Source of the DNA: Candidatus Altimarinota bacterium
GTDB taxonomy: Bacteria > Patescibacteriota > Gracilibacteria > CAIRYL01 > GCA-016699755
Reading direction: 5' to 3'
Length of the DNA stretch: 64,000 nucleotides
NCBI GenBank assembly: GCA_963664295.1
Contig: OY760935.1
Location: forward strand, 448,001-512,000
A program made the position numbers and the translations under genes. The notes under the pieces were generated by a model. It did no database searches and was not told where the DNA came from. It worked only from the letters and a program-made list of their open reading frames with translations. Each line of letters starts with the position of its first letter. The first letter of the stretch is position 1. Positions 39,223 to 48,805 of this stretch are shown in pieces.

Positions 39223-39322
39223 ATACTAAAATTGTTTAAGCTATTTGTCAAGCTTAATTATCTCTTCAAGTTATCTTGAACTATTTTAAAATACTTGACA
39301 AAATAAATTTTTAATGTATTAT
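39223..39322. promoter_or_regulatory. Divergent sigma70-like promoters
   Basis: Minus strand: TTGACA(39251-39246)-17-TAGTAT; plus strand: TTGACA(39295-39300)-16-TATTAT. Confidence 0.6.
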
Positions 39323-39344
39323 ATTGACCTTTTTAAATTAAACT

Positions 39345-40547
39345 ATGAAAAACAACCAATCTGACACCAAGATTATTGCAACAGAAACTGATGCGGAATC
39401 TGTAGCACGACAGCTTGATCAATTATCAGAAACTGACCAATCCCAAGCTTTAAAATTAATTATTACAAGTCATAAAGATCAAGTATGTTCCTTATTAGAC
39501 TCTGTACCGCAAGAAAGTCCAAAAAAAGAGCTTCCTTCTCTGCATATAAAGGACGACATTATGAATGATGAAGTTGCGAGCATGATAGAAGAATGTTTTA
39601 AAAAAGTAGGGGGCGAAGTAACAAACTTAGGGCTTGACCAATATAACAATCCATTCATAGAAGGTGAAAACCTATGGGTGCCTCAGATAACACAAGGAAG
39701 CATATCGAAAATTACTTTTGTAGAGGGATTGTTAAGAATAGAAGGAGAAGGTCTTCAGCTTGCAAGTCATTATAAAGATCTAGTTGCAGGAGGCGATATT
39801 AAAAGTGTTATGTTTGCATATAATAGAGATACATTATTTGAAGTAAGCGGGACAGAACTTGTTCTTGGTAGCAAATTTGATAAAGCAGTGAAAAATGGAA
39901 AAGTGACTAGACTAGAAAATAGTTCAAAAGAGTATGAGATAACAGGAGATAATATCGAGTTAGATGAAAGATATAAAACCTTTGTTAGAAAAGGAAATCT
40001 TAAAAGTGTTAGATTTAACAAGAGCGACGGCTTGGATTTATCAAGCATTGAAAGCATGGAAGACGATCACATCCAACTTGGAGATATGTACAAAGAACAA
40101 GTAAAAGGCGATATTCATTATGTCGGCTTTCATGAAAAGAAACATGTAATATCAATGTCTATTAATGACGAAAGTCCAACTAGACACAGTTCATATCAAG
40201 CCTTGCATCATGTAAGCGGAAGCCATCTTCTCTTAGGAAACGCTTATCAAAATTGCACAGCCAATATTCCTACTAGAGGAAATATAACCACTTTGTTCTT
40301 TGACGATGATTTGAGTCAAAATCTTACCACGGTATTCATGAAAAATTGGCAAAAGGAAGACTTTTCTGATTATGTTGTTCCCGAAGATGTTGATTCAAAT
40401 AATAGCGTTCTTATTAGGTTTGATGATGATGGAGAAGTTAACACAGTTGAAGCCCATATGCTTTCTGATAATCTAAACCCAAAAAAATTAGAACCAAAAA
40501 AACCTTCAAAAATCTCAAGGCTTTTATCTGCATTCTCCAGGTCCTAA
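39345..40547 (+). CDS. hypothetical protein with internal ~35-aa repeats
   Basis: 400-aa ORF; repeated hxGxxLxLxxxYKxxVxxGxhxxhxF pattern. Confidence 0.75.
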   Translation: MKNNQSDTKIIATETDAESVARQLDQLSETDQSQALKLIITSHKDQVCSLLDSVPQESPKKELPSLHIKDDIMNDEVASMIEECFKKVGGEVTNLGLDQYNNPFIEGENLWVPQITQGSISKITFVEGLLRIEGEGLQLASHYKDLVAGGDIKSVMFAYNRDTLFEVSGTELVLGSKFDKAVKNGKVTRLENSSKEYEITGDNIELDERYKTFVRKGNLKSVRFNKSDGLDLSSIESMEDDHIQLGDMYKEQVKGDIHYVGFHEKKHVISMSINDESPTRHSSYQALHHVSGSHLLLGNAYQNCTANIPTRGNITTLFFDDDLSQNLTTVFMKNWQKEDFSDYVVPEDVDSNNSVLIRFDDDGEVNTVEAHMLSDNLNPKKLEPKKPSKISRLLSAFSRS

Positions 40548-40652
40548 AAACATCTTAGAAATTCACAAATTTGCAGTAGAAGCGATTATTTCGCCTTTAT
40601 GTACAAATTCATTTGAAAAACAATACTGACTTTCATGGTATTGTTTTTTAAA

Positions 40653-40825
40653 TGGCGTCCCCGACAGGATGCTCATCCGCCTAATCGGCGGATAAGGCCT
40701 TCTGCGCTCGCTCGGAATTTTGCGCAAGCACAAATTCACTCGCTCGCTTGAGTGTCGAACCAGGTTCTCGGTCCTGTGGAAACATAAAAAACAACCTGAT
40801 GACTGCGTCATCAGAACATTTTTTA
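40653..40825 (-). repeat. tRNA-linked repeat element ending in an 18-bp copy of the tRNA-Arg 3' end
   Basis: TGGCGTCCCCGACAGGAT at 40653-40670 and 40826-40843; internal hairpins include ATCCGCC-TAATC-GGCGGAT. Confidence 0.85.
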
Positions 40826-40902
40826 TGGCGTCCCCGACAGGATTCGAACCTGTGACCTCTGGCTCCGCAAGCCAACGCTCTATCCAGCTAAGCTACGGGG
40901 AC
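40826..40902 (-). tRNA. tRNA-Arg(GCG)
   Basis: GTCCCCGTAGCTTAGCTGGATAGAGCGTTGGC-TTGCGGA-GCCAGAGGTCACAGGTTCGAATCCTGTCGGGGACGCCA. Confidence 0.95.
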
Positions 40903-40970
40903 ACAACAAAAATAAGCTTGCCTATTCTTACACACTATCAAGGCAATTTCAAGATTAAATAGAAAACAAA

Positions 40971-41582
40971 TTAACTAATCGCATTTTTACAAATTGTTTT
41001 CCAATCATAAGGAAAACGATAATTCTCATTTGCTCTAACAAGTGCTTCATAAGCACTCCAAATGCTCCCTTCTTTAAAAATAAACGCATTACCACTTTCC
41101 TGATTAGGATTGTAGTCATCAAGCACACCTTTTAATGCTGGCGCAATTGGCACTACTCCATATGAAAGTGCATTAGCAATCTCCTGCTCTGTCTCTTTGT
41201 TCAATGTAAAAAATACTACTGCATCAGCAGCAGCATATAGCTTTCTAAGGTTATCTTCATTGTCCTCTAAAACTGTCACTTTTCCCTGGTGTTTATCTGC
41301 AAAATCTACTATTAATTGCTGAAATTTTGCTGTACCTACTCCTTTGATTGCCAATTGAATATCTAAATTTTCTATGCCAGCCAAAAGATCTTCTAATAAT
41401 TCAAAACCATTGTTGTCTGTTAACTCTGTTGTTATTCCAAGAAGTAATGTTTTCTTTTCTGGTATTAGTGAAAATTCTTTCTGAAACTCTTCCTTGTTAA
41501 GACTTTTTTTCTCAATAGTCTTCTTTGAAAACTTACTATAAATCTTGTTATCGTAAGCCGCTGTAGGGAGATTTGGTGTCAT
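40971..41582 (-). CDS. Stand-alone glycogen-synthase-like C-terminal GT-B domain
   Basis: LYAAADA, ALSYGVVPI, DYNPNQESGNAFIF, ALVRANENY..W. Confidence 0.75.
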   Translation of the reverse strand: MTPNLPTAAYDNKIYSKFSKKTIEKKSLNKEEFQKEFSLIPEKKTLLLGITTELTDNNGFELLEDLLAGIENLDIQLAIKGVGTAKFQQLIVDFADKHQGKVTVLEDNEDNLRKLYAAADAVVFFTLNKETEQEIANALSYGVVPIAPALKGVLDDYNPNQESGNAFIFKEGSIWSAYEALVRANENYRFPYDWKTICKNAIS

Positions 41583-41689
41583 TTTTTTGTTTTTAATTTT
41601 AATTTTCCTTATATAATAACATCTTTTATCTCTTTTTTCAATGTAAACCCCTTGCCTAAAATCAATTCTGGTTATTAAATAAATCTTGT

Positions 41690-42610
41690 ATGAATAATAA
41701 AATTTTACTAATTGACGTTTCTAATTTGTTTTATAGGGCTTTTCACGCTATTCCTAAGACTTTGACTTCACCTGAAGGTGAACCTGTTAATGCAGTTTAT
41801 GGAATTTGTTCTGCCTTGCTTACTTTGATAGAAAATAAAAAACCTAATTATATTTTTGCTTTTCGTGATAAAAAAGAAAAAACTTTTCGCCATGAAAAAG
41901 ATGAAAATTATAAATCTCAGCGTCCACCAATGCCTGATGAGCTTGTTTCTCAGCTTAAAAAAATAGCGGAAACTTTGGATGCTTTTGGCTTTCCCGTTCT
42001 TGCTGAGGCTGGCTTTGAAGCTGATGATTGCATTGCTACTGTTGTACACAAATTTTGTTCAGATAAAAATAATGAAATTAATATTCTTTCGTCTGATCAA
42101 GATTTAATGGGTCTCGTCCATGATAATGTTTATATCCTTAAGCCTATTCAAGGTGGCAAGACTGAAAAAATGGATCGCAACAAAATAAAAGAAGCTATTG
42201 GAGTTTATCCAGAACAAATTGCTGATTTTAAGGCTATTGCTGGTGATAATTCTGATAATCTTGCTGGTGTGCCTGGCATTGGCAAAAAGGGAGCAAGTGA
42301 TTTGCTTGCTGAGTTTGGCGATCTGGAAACTATTTTAAATAATATTAATAAAATCACTGGCAGAAAAGGTGAGCTATTAACACAAGAAAAAGACCAAGCA
42401 ATTCACACAAAAAAAATGGTTGAACTTTATACAGAAGTTCCTGGTTGCGATGTTCCTCTTTCAGAAGGTAATATTAACAAAGTTGATTGGGAAAAAGTTC
42501 GTGATCTATTTGAAAAATATGGTTTTAATAGTCTAATTAAGCGACTTAAAAAAATGAACTTAATCTCAGACAAGCCTGTTAATACCGAGGATCAATTAAG
42601 TTTTTTCTAA
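41690..42610 (+). CDS. Stand-alone 5'-3' exonuclease/flap endonuclease (PolA N-terminal-like)
   Basis: LLIDVSNLFYRAFHA, TFRHE, YKSQR, GFEADD, SSDQD, GDNSDNLAGVPGIGKKGA. Confidence 0.92.
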   Translation: MNNKILLIDVSNLFYRAFHAIPKTLTSPEGEPVNAVYGICSALLTLIENKKPNYIFAFRDKKEKTFRHEKDENYKSQRPPMPDELVSQLKKIAETLDAFGFPVLAEAGFEADDCIATVVHKFCSDKNNEINILSSDQDLMGLVHDNVYILKPIQGGKTEKMDRNKIKEAIGVYPEQIADFKAIAGDNSDNLAGVPGIGKKGASDLLAEFGDLETILNNINKITGRKGELLTQEKDQAIHTKKMVELYTEVPGCDVPLSEGNINKVDWEKVRDLFEKYGFNSLIKRLKKMNLISDKPVNTEDQLSFF

Positions 42611-42614
42611 ATTA

Positions 42615-43049
42615 ATGAAACTAGAAATTACTTTTCAAAATCCTAAAGAAAAAGACATTAATACTCAATCTCTTGAGGAATTATTAAATAAAGCTAATAA
42701 ACTACTTGATATACCTGAGGGTATGATCTCTCTTGTATTTACTAATAATCAAGATATTCAAGAACTTAATAAGCAATGGCGAAATAAAAACATGCCTACT
42801 GATGTGCTTTCTTTTTGTGCTCTTGAAGGAGAACAATTTCCTAAAACTGACGAAGGGCAAATTCTAGGTGAAATTTTTATCTCTACAGAAAAAGCTAAGG
42901 AACAAGCAAGAGAAAAAAATCATTCTTTACAAAAAGAAGTGGAAATATTGTTTGTACATGGTATTTTACACATCATTGGATTTACTCATAATACAGATAG
43001 TAATTATAAAAAAATGCACAAATGGGAAAAGAAAATTCTTGAAAATTAA
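42615..43049 (+). CDS. ybeY: rRNA maturation RNase YbeY
   Basis: LNKQWRNKNMPTDVLSF, LGEIFIS, HGILHIIGFTH. Confidence 0.96.
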   Translation: MKLEITFQNPKEKDINTQSLEELLNKANKLLDIPEGMISLVFTNNQDIQELNKQWRNKNMPTDVLSFCALEGEQFPKTDEGQILGEIFISTEKAKEQAREKNHSLQKEVEILFVHGILHIIGFTHNTDSNYKKMHKWEKKILEN

Positions 43050-43319
43050 AAACGAAAAACAAAAAATTTGTTCAAAAAAATATTGTATAATTTTAACAAT
43101 TATTTTTTAAAAAAAATAATTGTTTTTTTGGCTTCTAGTAAGCATAAACCTGTGGATAAAAAAAGTGAACAAGTGGCTTAAATAAGCCAAAAAAACAATA
43201 AAAAACTTGCATGTGTGTTTTTTTTATGTAAAAATCAGTTAGAAATTTTTTTTAAAAATTCTTAAAAACAAATAATAAAGCAAAAAAACAAAGAATAAAC
43301 TTTTTGTACAACTAAAAAA

Positions 43320-44546
43320 ATGGCTAAAGAAAAAATTATTACCGGTATTGATATTGGCGCTTCAAAAATTAGAACTGTGATTGGCGTCGTTGAACCAGAA
43401 AAAAAAGAACCTCATATTATTGGAGTGGGCATCTCCCCTTCTCTTGGCTTAAGAAAAGGTGCTGTTGTTGATGTTGATGAGGTTATTGCAAATATTTCTG
43501 CCTCTCTTGAGGACGCAGAAAGAATTAGTGGCATTCCTGTTCATCATGTTTTTGTTGGTGTTGGTGGTGCTCACATAGAATCTATAGACTCTCGTGGCGT
43601 TATTGCTATTGGAGGCAAAGAAATCACTGAAGATGATGTAGAAAGAGTTTTAGAAGCAGCCGAGGCTGTTTCTCTTCCTCAAAACAGAAGAATATTAAGA
43701 ATTATTCCAAAAAGCTTTGCTGTTGATGAACAAAAAGGCATTCGCTCACCTATTGGCATGAGCGGTATTCGCCTTGAAGTTGAAGCTCACATTATTACAG
43801 GACAATTACAGTCTGTTGATAATCTTGAAAAATGTATCCATCAAGCTGGTGTGGATATTGATGATTTTGTTCCTTCTTTTTTAGCAGCTGGTGAGGCAGT
43901 GCTTTCTAGGAGACAAAAAGAACTTGGTGTTGTTTCAATAAATATTGGCTCTGATTCTACTTCTCTTGTTGTTTATGAAGATGGCGCAGTTCTTCATTCT
44001 TCTATTATCCCCGTTGGTGGTGCTAGCGTCACCAATGACATTGCTATTGGGCTTAGAAGTTCTGTTGATACTGCTGAAAAAATTAAAATAGAACACGGAA
44101 CTTGTCTTCCTGATGAAGTATCTGAAAGAGAAACTATCGACTTATCACTTGTATCAAAAATAGATAAACAAAAAGTATCAAAAAAACATTTAGCTGAAAT
44201 TATTCAGGCTCGTTATCATGAAATTTTTGTTTTAATTAAAGATGCTTTAAGAGAAATTGGTAGAGATGGTATGTTGCCTGCTGGCGCTATTTTATCTGGT
44301 GCGGCTGTTAAAATGCCTGGAACTACTGAGCTTTCTCGTGAAGTACTTGGTTTGCCTGTACAAATTGGCTTTCCACATGAAGTATCTGGAGTTGTTGATA
44401 AGATAGATGATCCTGCTTTTGCTTCTGCAACAGGGCTTGTGCTCTGGGGATCTCGTTTTGAAGGCAAGAGTTATTCGCTTTCTTTTGCTAATTTTGGAAA
44501 AGCTTTTTCCGCAGTTGGCAATTTTTTCAAAAAATTATTACCCTAA
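43320..44546 (+). CDS. ftsA: Cell division protein FtsA
   Basis: GIDIGASKI, GLRKGAVVD, PIGMSGIRLE, VTNDIAIGL, AEKIKIEHG. Confidence 0.97.
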   Translation: MAKEKIITGIDIGASKIRTVIGVVEPEKKEPHIIGVGISPSLGLRKGAVVDVDEVIANISASLEDAERISGIPVHHVFVGVGGAHIESIDSRGVIAIGGKEITEDDVERVLEAAEAVSLPQNRRILRIIPKSFAVDEQKGIRSPIGMSGIRLEVEAHIITGQLQSVDNLEKCIHQAGVDIDDFVPSFLAAGEAVLSRRQKELGVVSINIGSDSTSLVVYEDGAVLHSSIIPVGGASVTNDIAIGLRSSVDTAEKIKIEHGTCLPDEVSERETIDLSLVSKIDKQKVSKKHLAEIIQARYHEIFVLIKDALREIGRDGMLPAGAILSGAAVKMPGTTELSREVLGLPVQIGFPHEVSGVVDKIDDPAFASATGLVLWGSRFEGKSYSLSFANFGKAFSAVGNFFKKLLP

Positions 44547-44576
44547 AAAAAGGGATTTACACTTTTTTAAAGAACA

Positions 44577-45746
44577 ATGGCTGATGCAAGCTTAAAATCA
44601 TTTTTTTCCGGCAAAAGACCAGAAAATTCAGGCGCTTCTATGTCTCAAGAAGTTAATCCTGAAATTTCACCTGCTGCTGTTATTCGCGTTTTGGGCGTTG
44701 GTGGCTCAGGAGGCAATGCGGTTAATCGCATGATCGAAGCTGGAATAGAAGGAGTTGAATTTATTGCTATCAATACTGATGCTCAGGCTTTATGGCATTC
44801 TAATGCTGGCAAAAAGATTAATATTGGCAAAGGCACTACAAGAGGTCTTGGCGCTGGTTCTAATCCTGAAACTGGTAAAAAATCAGCTGAAGAATCATCT
44901 GAGGAAATCAGATCTATCCTAGAAGGATCTGATATGGTATTTATTACATGTGGACTTGGAGGTGGCACTGGCACAGGCGGTGCTCCTGTTATTGCTGAAG
45001 TTGCTAGAGAACTAGGCATACTTACTATTGGTGTTGTGACTAGACCTTTCTCATTTGAGGGTGCCCGCAGAAGACAACAATCTTTAGATGGTTTTAATGC
45101 ACTTAAAGACAAAGTTGATACTTTGATTACTATTCCTAATGATAAAATTCTTTCTATTATTGATAAAAAAACACCTTTAACAGAAGCTTTTACTGTTGTT
45201 GATGATGTGCTTAGGCAAGGTGTTCAAGGTATTTCTGAGCTTATAACTACTCATGGTCTTATTAACGTGGACTTTGCTGATGTAAAATCTATTATGCAAA
45301 ATGCTGGCTCTGCTTTAATGGGAATTGGTTTTGGTAGCGGTGAAAACAGAGCGGTTGAGGCTGCTCGTGCTGCTATTGACTCCCCTCTTTTGGAAATGTC
45401 TATCGAAGGAGCCAAAGGAATTCTCTTTAATATAACTGGTGGTAATGATATGTCTATGTTTGAAGTTGATGAAGCTGCAAGAATTATTACAGAAAGTTCC
45501 GACCCTGATGCTAATATCATTTTTGGTGCTGTTGTTAATAACAATTTCACAGGAGAAATTAAAGTCACTGTAATTGCTACTGGCTTTGAAACTGAACTAC
45601 CTGAAAAAACAGAAAGTTCTGGCAATACTGCTGTTAATAGGCTTGGTGGAGCACGCGCTTTTAGTGGTAATCCTCAGCGTAACCAACCTCAATCTGAAGA
45701 AGATCTTGAGGTTCCTGCTTTCATGAGAAAAACACTTAATAAATAA
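44577..45746 (+). CDS. ftsZ: Cell division protein FtsZ
   Basis: [24 protein letters not shown]-terminal LEVPAFMR. Confidence 0.98.
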   Translation: MADASLKSFFSGKRPENSGASMSQEVNPEISPAAVIRVLGVGGSGGNAVNRMIEAGIEGVEFIAINTDAQALWHSNAGKKINIGKGTTRGLGAGSNPETGKKSAEESSEEIRSILEGSDMVFITCGLGGGTGTGGAPVIAEVARELGILTIGVVTRPFSFEGARRRQQSLDGFNALKDKVDTLITIPNDKILSIIDKKTPLTEAFTVVDDVLRQGVQGISELITTHGLINVDFADVKSIMQNAGSALMGIGFGSGENRAVEAARAAIDSPLLEMSIEGAKGILFNITGGNDMSMFEVDEAARIITESSDPDANIIFGAVVNNNFTGEIKVTVIATGFETELPEKTESSGNTAVNRLGGARAFSGNPQRNQPQSEEDLEVPAFMRKTLNK

Positions 45747-45784
45747 TTAAAACACAAAGTGATTTTTTAAAAAGGACTTAATTA

Positions 45785-46858
45785 TTAGTCCTTTTTATTT
45801 TTCCCAAAAAATAAACTGGCCAAAAAAGTACTAATTGGCACAGCAAAAAGCAAAGAGGTACTACCAACAAGAGTTCTTATTACTTCTTCTGAGATTGCTT
45901 CTGAATTTAAAACAAGCCACCAAGGCAACTGGTCAGCAGAAAAAAGAAGCAAAAGAGGTAAAGAAGCTCCTGCATAAGCCAAGGCTAATGTGTTTATTAA
46001 AGAAAATATATGCTCATTACCAATTTTAAAACCACTCTTGATAAGTTCTTTGGTTCCCAAATTATTGTTGGCTTTTTTGAGTTCATAAATAGCTGTTGTT
46101 TGCGTAGTAGTCACATCATCTAAAACCCCCAAAGCACCAATTAAAATTCCTAAAAACAAAATACCCTGAAAATTAAGCTCTGAAAAAACACCCATCTGTG
46201 CATAAAAAGCACTTTCTGAGCCCATGCCAAACAAAAAGCAAATTTCCACAGCAAAAAAAGCAAAAGCAACAGATAAAATCAAAGTAATTAAAGTACTTAA
46301 AAGCGCAATAAGGGTAGTTTTTTTAAAACCATGAGAAATTAAAATTGAGCTTATTGCCATCAAAGGCAAAGACAAAGCACCTACAAAGAAAGTACTTTTG
46401 CCGTTTGCCACCAAAGGCACAATTAAAAAAACAATAAAAGCAATGGTCACCAAAAGACCAATTAAAGCTTTTAAACCTTTACCTCTAGTTAAAATCAGGG
46501 CAAAAATAACAAAAACTAAAAACACAAAAACAATTCTCGAAAAACGATATCTTTCAGCATAAAAATATTGATAAGTATTATCTTCATTTTTTATTATTTC
46601 AATCACTATCGCGTCTCCTTTTTTTAATATTTTTTCTGATTCTGATTCATAAAAATTACTACCAAGTTCAATAGTGATAATTTTACCTTCGGAACTATTA
46701 GGAGGATAAAGAGCTTTAATTATTTTTCCTTCTTGTGTATCAGCAAGCTCTGTCACTACTGCTTTTTCATAAATACTTGTGTTTTCTGCAAAAACACTAG
46801 GGAAAAAAGCTATTATAAACAATAAGCCCAAAAGAATATTTTTTATATATTTCATCAA
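45785..46858 (-). CDS. YibE/F family membrane protein
   Basis: IGALGVLDDVT, INTLALAYAGASLP, EEVIRTLVGS. Confidence 0.9.
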   Translation of the reverse strand: MMKYIKNILLGLLFIIAFFPSVFAENTSIYEKAVVTELADTQEGKIIKALYPPNSSEGKIITIELGSNFYESESEKILKKGDAIVIEIIKNEDNTYQYFYAERYRFSRIVFVFLVFVIFALILTRGKGLKALIGLLVTIAFIVFLIVPLVANGKSTFFVGALSLPLMAISSILISHGFKKTTLIALLSTLITLILSVAFAFFAVEICFLFGMGSESAFYAQMGVFSELNFQGILFLGILIGALGVLDDVTTTQTTAIYELKKANNNLGTKELIKSGFKIGNEHIFSLINTLALAYAGASLPLLLLFSADQLPWWLVLNSEAISEEVIRTLVGSTSLLFAVPISTFLASLFFGKNKKD

Positions 46859-46955
46859 GAACTAACTTTAAGAAAATAAAATAAATTTCACAATAAGCTT
46901 TTTATTGATTTTATTTTAATTTTATTGTATAATATAAAAGAAATAAAAATAAAAT

Positions 46956-47387
46956 ATGAACTTAAATCAATTACCTGCCGGCAAAGAACCGCTTGAGCTA
47001 CCTGCTAGCGAAGAGCATCTAATGCTTCCAGAAGGTCATCTTGAAAACAACTCTGAAATATTCAAGAGTTTTTATCATTTGCTTGTTGCTAATCAATTTT
47101 TACCTATGGCAGACACAAAAGTATCATTAGATCCCAAAAGTAAAATGGTTATAGCGGAACAAGGTGATAAAACTATGCAAATCAACTTAGAGGCTTTACA
47201 AAAAATCGCACCACATATAGCCCAAGTCTGCACAGAAAGAGGATATGTAAAAATAACATATCGAAAAAAAGGCGAAGAAGTACCAAAACACAAAAACATA
47301 ATAAATAAAATAGCAGGACTATTAAATAAAATGGGTATAGCACCACAAGGTCACAAATTAAACCTTACTATTCCTGAAGAAGCTTAA
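46956..47387 (+). CDS. hypothetical protein
   Basis: 143-aa ORF preceded by TTGATT-17-TATAAT. Confidence 0.65.
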   Translation: MNLNQLPAGKEPLELPASEEHLMLPEGHLENNSEIFKSFYHLLVANQFLPMADTKVSLDPKSKMVIAEQGDKTMQINLEALQKIAPHIAQVCTERGYVKITYRKKGEEVPKHKNIINKIAGLLNKMGIAPQGHKLNLTIPEEA

Positions 47388-48739
47388 TTAGAAAACTTTT
47401 CAACAATTTGCGGAGCAAGCCCAAAAAACTGTTCTGGATTGAGTTCAAGTAATCTTTTTTTGTCGTCTTTGTTTATATCAAGACTTTTTATAAACTCTCT
47501 TAGATTTTCAAGAGTAATTTCTTTTCCTCTGGTAAAATCTTTCAATTTTCCATAAGCATCTTCAACTCCATTTTTACGCATAACAGTTTGAATTGCCTCT
47601 CCTAATATTGCTGGACTGTTTTTTAAGTCTTCTAATAATTTTTCTTCATTAACTTCTATTTTGCTTAATCCTTTTGAAAGTTTCCTAAGAGCAATTAATG
47701 TATGTCCAAAAGCAGTGCCAATACTGCGCAAAACAGTAGAATCTGATAAATCTCGCTGAAAACGAGAAATTGGCAACTTAGTTGAAAAATGAATAAAAAG
47801 TGAATTCGCTACACCAAAATTTCCCTCTGCATTTTCAAAATCAATTGGATTTACCTTATGTGGCATAGTGGAGCTACCTGTTTCTGTTGCTACTGCTTTT
47901 TGTTTACAATAATCAAGAGAAATTAGTCCCCATATATCACGAGCAAGATCAGTTAAAATTGTATTCAAACGATAAATAGTGTGAGAAAATTCAGCAATAA
48001 AATCATGCGGTTCAATCTGTGTCACAACGGGGTTCCAAGTTAAGCCAAAACTTTCTACAAACTCTTTAGAAAGCTCAATCCAGTCCACATCAGGAAAAGC
48101 AATAGAATGAGCAGCGAAATTACCAGTTGCACCAGCGAATTTACCTAAATAATCTTGTTTTTTTAGCTGATCTATCTGTCTTTCAAGGCGCAAAACAAAA
48201 ACCAAAAATTCTTTTCCTATTGTAGTTGGAGTGGCTGGTTGACCATGAGTACGAGAAAGCATAGGTATACTTTTCCAATCTTTTGCCATTTTTTTTACTG
48301 TTTCTTTAATTTTTTCAAAATTTGGCACTACCACCTCTTCTATTGATTCTTTAAAAATCAATGACCAGGAAATATTATTAATATCTTCTGAAGTGCATGA
48401 AAAATGTATCCATTCAACAATATCTTTTAATGAAGTTTGTTCTAATTTTTCTTTCAAAAAAAGTTCAACTGCTTTTACATCGTGATTTGTCACTCCTTCT
48501 ATTTCTTTTATTCTTTCTGTATCTTGATCAGAAAAATCTTTAATTATGTTATTTAGTAATTTTTCCTCTTTATCTGTAAATTTTCTTAAAGGAATATCCT
48601 TGCGACCAGAAAGCAAAAAAAGCCACCTAATCTCAACGCCAAGGCGAAAAAAATTAAGAGCTTCTTCAGAGTAATAATCTTTTAATTCTTTTGTATCTGC
48701 TTCATTACGACCATCAACAAGAGATATTGCGTTTTTCAT
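47384..48739 (-). CDS. purB: Adenylosuccinate lyase
   Basis: TNHDVKAVE, RTHGQPATPTT, GSSTMPHKVNPIDFENAEGN. Confidence 0.97.
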   Translation of the reverse strand: MKNAISLVDGRNEADTKELKDYYSEEALNFFRLGVEIRWLFLLSGRKDIPLRKFTDKEEKLLNNIIKDFSDQDTERIKEIEGVTNHDVKAVELFLKEKLEQTSLKDIVEWIHFSCTSEDINNISWSLIFKESIEEVVVPNFEKIKETVKKMAKDWKSIPMLSRTHGQPATPTTIGKEFLVFVLRLERQIDQLKKQDYLGKFAGATGNFAAHSIAFPDVDWIELSKEFVESFGLTWNPVVTQIEPHDFIAEFSHTIYRLNTILTDLARDIWGLISLDYCKQKAVATETGSSTMPHKVNPIDFENAEGNFGVANSLFIHFSTKLPISRFQRDLSDSTVLRSIGTAFGHTLIALRKLSKGLSKIEVNEEKLLEDLKNSPAILGEAIQTVMRKNGVEDAYGKLKDFTRGKEITLENLREFIKSLDINKDDKKRLLELNPEQFFGLAPQIVEKFSN

Positions 48740-48805
48740 AAAAAAATTATTTAAAAATTAGTTTTTATTATAAATAATTATCCATAAAAAACAACAAAAA
48801 TTGCT

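Noticed and set aside
35427-40843. Prophage or integrative element at tRNA-Arg
   Set aside because: No integrase or phage genes; the 18-bp repeats enclose only 155 bp
40563-40962. ORFs of 64-82 aa over tRNA-Arg
   Set aside because: They overlap the tRNA and its repeat element
43050-43319. Replication origin
   Set aside because: Only one clear DnaA box and no dnaA/dnaN nearby
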